Below, in pieces: positions 54,818 through 64,000 of a DNA stretch of 64,000 nt. Each line of letters opens with the position of its first letter. Positions within the stretch are counted from its first letter, which is position 1. The DNA comes from Schizochytrium sp. TIO01 (Eukaryota > Protista > Bigyra: Labyrinthulomycetes). The DNA is taken from the NCBI GenBank assembly GCA_004764695.1, contig SMSO01000031.1, positions 5,562,761 through 5,626,760 of the forward strand, written 5' to 3'. The position numbers and the translations under genes are program-made. A model generated the notes under the pieces. The model saw only the letters and a program-made list of their open reading frames with translations. It was not told where the DNA came from and searched no databases.

Positions 54818-57800
54818 TCTCTTACACCCGCCTCTACAGAACTCAAGGAGAGCAAGCAGTCCACCACTGCAGCATTCGGGTTTGTTGTCAAACCTCTACT
54901 AAAATATCTTGGTGCGGCCCTCACCACAAATACACTAAAGTAAAATCACCATACAAACTCAGATCTGGGCGTTGACTTTCCTTAGAGGTACAAGACTTTG
55001 CAATTAACCTCCAAGAGCAGCACATTCGCACTGCTCCTATGCATTTTACTATAGAAATCCATGCTAACAAATGGACTCCATTCCTAGTAGAATCGCGATC
55101 CAGCCCGCCTTCTAAGAACACACTCTCGTACAAGGACTTTGATATTCGATATGTCATTAATATTAATATATGTTTCGAGTCTGGTATGAGGTACCAGATT
55201 GTCCCCTTTGTGCACGCGCTCACCATTTGCTATGCAATTGAATAGCTCTTCTATCTTTAAATTGAATTTCGGCGCTGCTTTGATCTAAAATCAGCAGAAC
55301 TCCTGTGAGAGCCCCGTTTCCCCGGTTCCCGTCTTGGAGTAGAAGCAGAGCGTGGTTTCTCTTTTTTGCGAGGCAAGATTTTGTTAAAGACAGACGCGTC
55401 AGGCCGCGCGGGCCAAATTAAACTCTGCATATAAACTTCTAGACGATAAGAGGTCCTATGCGTGGCATTCTGTGTCAAATTGGCCACGGATTGCGACTCC
55501 CTCTGCAAGTGCCGCCCAACAAACCTAAATCAAGTTCAAGGTGAGTGCTGCTGTCCAGAGTTTCCAGGTTCGACGAAAAAGTTTAATCTCTTTCCAAGTT
55601 GAAGATCGAGTCCAAGCACAGCATCCAAGATCTCGTTTACCAAAAGTTGAAGGCCAAGTTCCAAGGGTTTTGAGAACCATCATGATTATTGCAGGAAGTT
55701 CATGATTATTGGGTGGTGTTGCCAGAGAGTGGAATACAAATTCGGCAAACACCAGATCGTAGGGGAACCTCAACGCCATGTGTCTGATGAGCTGGGAAAC
55801 ACCGTCTAAACTCATATCTACGAACATCTGAGTCATACCTCTTAAAGGAGCCTTCAACGTGTGGACAAGGAGAAGAAAGGATATGCGGGAGCATATTCAC
55901 GATGTTGAGGTTATTCGTAATACTACGTATCTTGTTAGGTGCTAGTGCATAATACTGATAGTGAGTGCACTTAGTACTTAAGACGCTAAACTCGAAATTG
56001 ACCAGTCTGTGTGTGCACGTAAGACCTTCAGGCCATGGTACAGAAGAGCTGTTTATTCGAGTACTCTTACTTAAAAATTTGAAAAGATAATGCTAGCTTT
56101 TATGCACGAGGCAGTTTCTACAGGTTTGATAAGAACTTCTCAAACTAGTGAGAATGAGTCGACGTCGAAGCATTGATAAAAGTAGCATTAGTAGCACCAC
56201 TAACATAAACAGTAGCAGTAATAGTAGTAAGAAGAAGCTGCCTAGCCTGAGTATTACTAGTCAAGTGGATACTTGGAAACTTTTATCGAGGCTCGAGCTT
56301 TCTTTGACACTTGGATACATAAACAGTTTCCGAAAGAAACACAAGTTAAGGGAGTTTAAAGCACCGGGGGAGATAAAATATATTTTAGTGGCTGTAGCTT
56401 TGGTATGTTAAAACTAAAGTCTGCGAAAACTACTAATAAGAAATTGCTCTCGACCTTTCATAAAGTAAACATGATTTCATCCCAAACATCAAACTTTTAT
56501 ATAAAAAGGTTCGTTTGATTACCTGATATTATTAATCCTGATGAATCAACAGCAGCAAATAGCTTACTGTTAATTTCTGCCGGGTGAATACTTAAAGCTT
56601 AACTGGCAAGATAGCTGACAGCTTGAAGAAAAATTAAGAAGAGTTTGAAAATCTAAACTTTGACAATAACCTAGAGATTTGAGTGGCCCGGCTTGTTCTG
56701 TATTTGAGGGATTCAGACACGACTTTTTTTTTTTCTGCAATGTCGCAGAAAGTTGTAGAGGTCCAAATATGTGTCATCTCCACAGCTGCTAACTGAGACT
56801 TTCTCTATCGGCGATCCATCGGACTTTTCATATTCCAAATTGTTTACCTTGCATTCCTCAATCTCAACTGTCTATTCCTCTACATTAAAAAAATGGGAAC
56901 AGAACGTGAATACCTGTTCGCGTGATATAATTAAAAATGTGGTCCAGCCACCTTTCTAGATCATCATTAATGAGAGGTGATTATGGTTTCTTAGAGGTTA
57001 TTGATGAAATGTCGTAGATTGTTGTGCTTTACTAATCTTGAGGCTAGGGTTTGGTACTTTTCTTGGTTAAGTATGGTCGAAATCAAGTCATGAGGTAGTG
57101 CTGTGTCAGTTTTCCTTCTCAATAATCATTAATGATGGCGATGTTTAAATAAATCTATGCATACTTTTCTTTTGCAAAAGTATGTAGATCCTTTATCATC
57201 AGAAAAGTTCTCGCCGAAGGACTGTTTCACGTTTCACATAAAGCGATAAAGCTTACTGAGGAGAACAATCCATGCGATTCGCATACATATGTTTAATAAT
57301 AGCATATCTCTTGCGAGTAATGCATGTACCTCAGAAGGGAAGAAGACAGGCAACTCGAGCAAAACAACACCACCTTCTGAGGTGTGCAGCGCAGAACTAT
57401 TTGGACCGAAGCCTATATTTATACATTTTGGAGTGCTTCCGTATATTCAGGGAAAAACAAGATTAAAAATATATGTGTGAACGATTTCAGATGAGGCAAA
57501 ATCGATGGTTTAGAGCAACACATAATCACCTTATAATTGGCTATCATAGATCACTAGCTTCCTGGGTTGGAAAAATTGAAAACATAGCTACCATGTTACT
57601 TGTTTCTTTTTTATTAAATTTAAACAAGGATATACCTAGTTAGTAGTACCTCCTTACATATGAATTTAGAACTATTTATTTTGTATGTTGCACCTAAGAT
57701 TGATTGAGCTTACCTATTGCAGCTCTCTAAATTCGCAGGCTATGCACGGTCTTTTCGGTGAACAAATACTGCCATACCAATGAGAAAACGAATCTCACAC

Positions 57801-58327
57801 AGAGACATAAAATCGTTCAGGCGAAAAGAAAAGTGTGGCACATAGCAAAACTGAACACGGTGTAGTAGAGAGCCTCTCAATGTCTGAACTGGAAAACGAA
57901 GGCATGAACGATAATCTGACGAGATGATGATGCCATGAAACGCATACATTTTCCAACAAATTTTGGTGGGGAAATAATAAAATAATCAATCAAGATAGCA
58001 AGAGTTATGAAGAATGACTTATGATATAAGCTGATAGTTCGCGTATTTTAGTTAGACCTATGGAGTTGTTTCGTGCTTATCTCTAGACTAGTTCAGTTCT
58101 TGATAGGCTAGCTAAACGACTTATTTTATTTGTCCCTCAGGAGATAACAAAGAATGACATATCTTCAGGTAATGAATTGCATTCTTTTGTTCAAATATTA
58201 GTCTATGTAGCATCAACACCTCAGAGTTTATAAAAGGAAAGAAGACAGAAATATTACGACTATGTGACCATCTTAAGCTCCAGTAGAAATAATGTACACC
58301 GTGAAGCGCTACGTCCCGACTATCGTC

Positions 58328-59743
58328 TTACTTTGCCCATAAATCTTGACGCCAAGAAGCCCATGTCTGAGGGAACTGGGATTTCAATACGCCATAGAGA
58401 AGAGCATTCTCAGTAGCGAAGAACTTTGTCAGTGGTGGGCGGGTGCACGACTTGAATTTGGGCGAGCTGTGGTGACTTGTGCCGGTGTTAGACTTAGAAA
58501 ACTTCTTCAGTTCGTCGTCCGTAAACGGGCGGAGTCCTAAATAAGCCACAATATCCTGCATTGTCTTAGGAACATCCATGTAGAGCTGCTCAGCCTGAAC
58601 AATGTAGAGCTGCTCAGGAGGGAAGACACGGATCCAACGCACGATCTGATCAACATAGAGTGAACGAGTAAGAATCATGTCCCATTTCTTCCAAAGACAG
58701 TAGCGGCGAATGCACTGCGTCTCACCTCGATTACATGTAATGTCAGAGCGAGACTTAGGGGAGCGACGCACAGATTTGCCTAGAATCTGTACAAGTTCGG
58801 TCGGTGAGACAAACATTCTCAGCGCGTCAAAAGCATTGACACCGTCGATTTCAATCGGCTGTTGTACATGGCCTTCTGGAGTGTAGTCATCCATACAAGA
58901 TTGAATAGTAGCAACGTCATTGGCGAAGTAGTCATCGCAATCAAGGTCGTGAGGGTTGTGGTTAGCGGGGCCAACATAGTGTGAGATAAAGCGGTCCACT
59001 GGGTTTCTCAAGGATACAATGGCCTTAATATTAGGCAAGACCTCCCTGATACGCAGTGGCGCGGTCGGGTGCCGGATGTAAGTTGGCGTACCCTCGCCAG
59101 TGGTGACCCAGGGCGTCTCAGTGAGGTCTGGGAAATGCTTTCTGTAGAAGGTCATCCCCTGCTTGTATCTCGCGTAGACGCTGAAAAAGAGTGTCTCTTT
59201 ACACGAACTTGGTCGTATAAATCCGTGTTGCATGAGATAAGAGTATATCGCTGTACTGCCGCCCTTGTGTACACCGGCCACCATAAAGCTCGGCAGTGTG
59301 CCAGGAGTTTTATGTCTGTGCGTGCTACATTTGTAGGAGTTGAACTTGTCTCCATAAAATGGTTGCAATGTGTTTGAGGCTGTTCCGGAGTTAAGCGCGG
59401 TCTCTGCATCCATGCCATCCTCGATGTCACGTGCATCGAGGTCATTGGCATCATATTCGTCCTGCTCACGTTGGGCACGGATGTCATCTGCAGTTGCTTG
59501 TTTAGTTTCCAAGGTCGCATCACCAGATACCAGTCCTTCTGCCTCAGGTACAATAGACTCGGTGTGACCCAGCATGATTAAAACTATCGCTAGCAAGAAG
59601 ACTCCAAAGGCTAATGTCTTGACGCCAAAGCCCCCCGCAAGTGACGTTGAGAAGGGCGTTGCCTGTGTAATATGAGCGTCAGGTCTGTGCTGAGTATCTT
59701 TCGTCACTGCATTGTTGGTGCGGGCTTTGAGAGGGAAGTCCAT
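58328..59743 (-). CDS. Golgi type II membrane sulfotransferase, HS3ST/NDST-like (paralog 2), 471 aa
   Basis: Same motifs and length as paralog 1 (offset 12478 bp, no indels). First in-frame ATG at 59743 (MDFPLK). Confidence 0.92.
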   Translation of the reverse strand: MDFPLKARTNNAVTKDTQHRPDAHITQATPFSTSLAGGFGVKTLAFGVFLLAIVLIMLGHTESIVPEAEGLVSGDATLETKQATADDIRAQREQDEYDANDLDARDIEDGMDAETALNSGTASNTLQPFYGDKFNSYKCSTHRHKTPGTLPSFMVAGVHKGGSTAIYSYLMQHGFIRPSSCKETLFFSVYARYKQGMTFYRKHFPDLTETPWVTTGEGTPTYIRHPTAPLRIREVLPNIKAIVSLRNPVDRFISHYVGPANHNPHDLDCDDYFANDVATIQSCMDDYTPEGHVQQPIEIDGVNAFDALRMFVSPTELVQILGKSVRRSPKSRSDITCNRGETQCIRRYCLWKKWDMILTRSLYVDQIVRWIRVFPPEQLYIVQAEQLYMDVPKTMQDIVAYLGLRPFTDDELKKFSKSNTGTSHHSSPKFKSCTRPPLTKFFATENALLYGVLKSQFPQTWASWRQDLWAK

Positions 59744-60062
59744 GACGCCCGACACCAGTTCTGCGATTCTCAGAGCAGTTGCGTGAAGTGCTCGATGCAG
59801 GTTCGCTTGCTCGGCCCTCGAATCAAATGAGGTTTTGGCTTCGTCACTCCCTTGAGCATATGATGATCACGTCCATTTCTTCACAGAATTTCTCACATTT
59901 TTTTTCACATTAAAATAAATAAATAAAATCACTGTTGTTTTAGTTTTAATAAGATAAAAAGAATTAGGCATTACTCTTCTCGGAGGAACCTTTATCAGTT
60001 ATGCCAGGAGGTGGGTATTACTGACTGGAGTTCAGTTTTTGGTTTTCAAGCTACATTCCATT

Positions 60063-60666
60063 TTAATGTCAAAGTTTCTTTTTCTTCTTTGCCTTTTCCT
60101 ATCACGTTGGTATAACCCAGTTTTACTTGAAAGCCTATTTCCTCCTACTTCTTTCCATAAAAACTAACAATAAAATAAGACATGAATAATACAGTGTTTC
60201 GTTTATTTTACAATAACAATATTAACAACAAGTGAACTCCAGCTAAAGTGAACTCCAGCTAAGCACACACTGAGGTACATGGAAAAGGCAAAGAAAGAAG
60301 GAAACTTTGAAATTAGACGTAAAATCTATCAGGCTGACTGTTGCTCGTGGTCTGGAGAAACTCAATACCTCTGCATCCATGAATCTTTGCATGGGTAAAA
60401 ATACGGAGGGATCTGTCACGCATTTATGATCAAGTTTTACGGAAAACCTACTTCTTCCTACTTCTTTCGATTAAAACAAGCAAACAACACAAAAACAAAC
60501 CAAAACATTTAATTCACAATAATAATATTAACAATAAGTTAACTCTAGCTATAGCTAAACACACGCTGAGGTACATGAATCCCTACGTATTTTTACCCAT
60601 GCAAAGGTTCATACATGCAGAAGATTGAGTTTATCCAGACCACAAGCAACAGACAGCCTGATAGAT
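60063..60666. repeat. Nested direct and inverted local duplications upstream of sulfotransferase paralog 2
   Basis: Direct: ~60101-60281 with ~60414-60577. Inverted: ~60324-60412 with ~60579-60666. Inverted: ~60281-60315 with ~60063-60099. Confidence 0.8.
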
Positions 60667-62324
60667 GCCTCGCTATCTACCTAGCTAGCTCTCTCAGCCG
60701 GACCGAGCTCCTCTGGGCTTCAGTAGTACCGAGTCTCCAGGCTCGATATTTAGTCCAAGTAGTTTAGTTTTGCACTGAATTAATTGAAATAACAACAACA
60801 AAAGGAAAAGAACGTGTCGTTGTTTCCGACTTCTTTCTAAAGGCGTACTAACGGCGGTTAGATAGGTAGATTGGCTGTTGGTAACTCCCGATTGGTTGGT
60901 ACCTGTTTGAAATATCCAAGAAAATAAAAATAAAATTTAGGATAAAAGGGAACTGAAAGGGAGGTGTTCAAGTGTTAAAGTTGTTGGGGCTTGATAACTT
61001 CGGACGAACAAGCAGCGCTTTCCCTCAAGTTTTTCATCCACACATAACCAGTCGAGTGAATGCGTAAAAGGCAAGCAAGCCGAGTAAAAGGCAAACCAAA
61101 TGGCAGAAAGCAATGAATGCGGCTCTGAGAGAGGCTTTAGGAGGACTCTCTCAGGAGGGACGAACACTTGCGAAACTAAAGGCTTAAAAGCAAAGAGTAG
61201 CAGGCAGCACGCGCCTAATTTCTGTAGAAAGTGTTGAGTGCTTTTAAAGTTGTTTAAAGTTGATTCTGGGATTTTGCACACTTGCAAACTGACCAATGAT
61301 ATTGGATTGGCTGTGTCCCGAACAGATTATCGCCGTCCTCCAATCGTTTACAGGGACCCAAGGAACCCAATTTATAAAAGACTCGTTTGCTTTCGAACAA
61401 ACCCATGTAGCGTCGTCAAAATATTCACAATCGCTGGATTGTTTACATTGTATATATATAAATTAAAAAATCTCTCTCTCTCTCTAGTCAAGTAAACAAA
61501 TACCCTGCGTAAACCTTGCAGAGTAATTTGGGGAATTGCTACCAATGCAAAACTTCGTCGACGAATAAAGACGACTATGGTGGATGGCCAAAACGTGCGG
61601 CCTAACCTCTTCACAGATAGTCCCTCCAGACGCTATCCAGGGGTCTATCGAACGCTAGCATTGCCAGCTCCCTTGATAGAGTCGACCACCTTTAACCTTT
61701 CTTTAATCTGCTGCACTTGATTAATGGGCTCCCGCCCGTTAATAAAACTGACTTCCTTTAATTAAAACGATCAGAAACTAAAAACACATTAAAAAATAAT
61801 ATTAAATAAAAATAAAAATTTTAAATAAATAAATATATATATATTTAGCTGTATGCAATATCAGAAAGAGAACTTTTATACATATTTCCAAGCTTCGCCG
61901 TGCCAGAATTAAGACGTCTGGTTTTGTTTACTATGCGCTACTGGTAATGTATATAATGTCTAAAATTCATCACCATAGTCTCTCTCTGAACTAATAACTC
62001 ATCATTGTCCTATGGCTGATTCGAGAACTTAAAATCCTTCGATCCTACATTTCTAATTTGAAAAATATCCCCCGTCGTCGTTATTAAACTAAAGGCACAT
62101 ATTCAAACGAATACCAGAGTAAAACAACACCGATTGTGAAACGATGTAAATGATCTTGGGATCACAGCTTTCGATGGGGCAAGAGAAGAGAAGCAAAAAC
62201 CGTAATTAAAGTTTAATTTAACATAAGCAGAACACGTTTGGATGCAGGTTTAATAGTCCACCACTTATCTTGTCCCTCAGTGAAACTATAATTAATACTA
62301 AGTGTGGACAAGCGTTAGCAGTGA

Positions 62325-63839
62325 TCAGGTCCAAGGTACCCACCGCGCGTGAACAGATGGGTACTGCGCGGCGAGCAAGGCATTCAGAAGCTCATTGTCA
62401 CGCTCAAAGTATGCCGCAATGATTCGACGGTTACAAGTTGTAGCTAGCGGTGAGGTGTGGTGACTGCTACCGCGATGTGTTTCTGAGAAGCGAGCGATCT
62501 CACTATCCGAAAAAGGTCGAACGCCCAAGAATGCAGCAACTTCTTGCAAGGTTGTGGGAGTATCTTGATATAGCTTTTCGGCTTGAATGAAAAGGAGCTG
62601 ATCAGGCTTGAAGTAGCGGAGCCATCGAACAATCTGATCTACGTAAATGCTTCTAGCGATAGCATTATCAAAATTAGACCAGAGGCAATTGCGGCGAATG
62701 CATTCCGAAGATAAAGGGCCTGCGCATGATGCACGCGCCTGCACTGGTGGCCGATGTGGACGTACTGCTGGTCCTAGGTTGGTTTTGCTGCTAAAAATTT
62801 TCGAGATCTGTGCAGAGTCCCCAATATAGTATCGTAGGGCATCCCATGGGTCAAGCCCATCCACCTCTGCAGCAGCAGGTGCATCTCCAAAATTCAAAGG
62901 TAATGCACCCGAAGAGGTGATTTCGGCTGCACATGAGTCAAGTTCCTCGATGGAACTCCGCCAGAAGGTCTTGCAAGTATGCGTAGTAAGATTGCGTTCA
63001 ACAAATCCTACGTAGTGCGAAACAAACCGCTCTACAGGATTACGCAGAGTGGTGATCACCTTCACCCGCGGAAGAGTATGAGCGATACGCACAGGCGCAA
63101 TCGGATGTCGAATATAACTAGGAGTACCTTCGCCTGTAAGCACCCATGGAGTCTCCGAAGTATCATAAAAATGTCTTCTGTAGTACTTGATGCCTCGTTT
63201 CCACAGTATGTCCAGAGTGAAAAAACGTGTCTCTTTGCACGAACTCGGTCTAACGTGGCCATGCTGCACGAGGTAGCCGTACAATGCAGTGCTTCCAGCC
63301 TTGTGCGCGCCTGCGATGAGGAAATCTGGTAAGGAACCCTTGGTCGCATGAAAATACTTTCTGCACGCGTATGTATCGAAAGGATCATTGTAAAAGTTAG
63401 CTAGCGAATCATCGACATTTGAGGGTGATGATTCTTGCATAATAGGCTTATGATTGCTGAGACCACTATCGTTGATTTCCTCATGCTCGATGACGTTTTG
63501 GCCTCCACCAGGTTTGTCGTCAAAATCACTTTCGTGAGGTTTGATGCCTTGAAAACTCAAACCGTCTCCGGATGTGGTCATGGTTTGTAGCCAGGGAGCC
63601 CCGTCGTGAGATATAGTGTTGCGAGGTCCCATTATTCCTCCTAGCGCTGCTGTCGTCGCGATGGCCGCTGCGGCGATCACGATTAAGCGGAGTCTGGTCC
63701 ACGACGAGGAGCCCAATCTATCCAGTCTGCCTCCATCGTCCATGCCGCCATACCGTCTCACGCTATTTTCGCTCCCAGGGCTCTCACCGAGGTTCCCTGC
63801 GGGCCTGAGCAGCCCATTCTCCTCCCCATCGTCCCCCAT
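62325..63839 (-). CDS. Golgi type II membrane sulfotransferase, HS3ST/NDST-like (paralog 3, older duplicate), about 504 aa
   Basis: TM (LIVIAAAAIATTAALGGI), LPDFLIAGAHKAGST, RPSSCKETRFF, GEGTPSY, LRNPVERFVS, RSIYVDQIVRW. Likely ATG at 63839 (MGDDGEENG). Confidence 0.92.
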   Translation of the reverse strand: MGDDGEENGLLRPAGNLGESPGSENSVRRYGGMDDGGRLDRLGSSSWTRLRLIVIAAAAIATTAALGGIMGPRNTISHDGAPWLQTMTTSGDGLSFQGIKPHESDFDDKPGGGQNVIEHEEINDSGLSNHKPIMQESSPSNVDDSLANFYNDPFDTYACRKYFHATKGSLPDFLIAGAHKAGSTALYGYLVQHGHVRPSSCKETRFFTLDILWKRGIKYYRRHFYDTSETPWVLTGEGTPSYIRHPIAPVRIAHTLPRVKVITTLRNPVERFVSHYVGFVERNLTTHTCKTFWRSSIEELDSCAAEITSSGALPLNFGDAPAAAEVDGLDPWDALRYYIGDSAQISKIFSSKTNLGPAVRPHRPPVQARASCAGPLSSECIRRNCLWSNFDNAIARSIYVDQIVRWLRYFKPDQLLFIQAEKLYQDTPTTLQEVAAFLGVRPFSDSEIARFSETHRGSSHHTSPLATTCNRRIIAAYFERDNELLNALLAAQYPSVHARWVPWT

Positions 63840-64000
63840 ATCGCTGCCGGCGGAGTCCGCGCTCCGCCGAGCATTACGATTCTGTGCATGAATGATATTA
63901 TTATGAAGGCAATCGAATGGAACACAATAATGACATAATAACAAAGCCAATGCTACATCTCTAGAGGTATTGTGAATGCACTCTCCTTTTGGCCTAGGCT

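Larger units (their letters stand above)
51819..61785 (+). repeat. Segmental duplication, copy B (retains segments 52680-56255 and 56324-57693 that copy A lacks)
   Basis: Collinear homology blocks with copy A in the same orientation. The right end is approximate. Confidence 0.85.

Overview
Eukaryotic, gene-dense, almost intron-free genomic DNA. The gene content and style suggest a labyrinthulomycete/thraustochytrid stramenopile; this is an inference. The window holds about 16 protein-coding genes: a >2,100-aa ankyrin/IQ/WW/TPR protein running off the left edge (absent from the ORF track), NAA38, a cystathionine gamma-lyase-family enzyme, a MINDY deubiquitinase, UBC12 (one intron), an ADAM-type metalloprotease, a coiled-coil protein with a divergent TIR-like domain, a polytopic membrane protein, a DUSP-UBL USP, a His-loop ferroportin, a YhhN-like protein, a hypothetical protein, an NCS/CBL-type EF-hand protein with an RGS domain inserted between EF3 and EF4, and three HS3ST/NDST-like Golgi sulfotransferases. 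The right third contains a tandem segmental duplication (about 44.3-48.9 kb versus 51.8-61.8 kb) with reciprocal gene loss, so only the sulfotransferase survives in two copies. The two copies are near-identical except for short non-synonymous patches at predicted acceptor-binding positions. A decayed Ty3/gypsy-like pol fragment lies near 26.6-27.2 kb. No rRNA, tRNA or CRISPR array was found.
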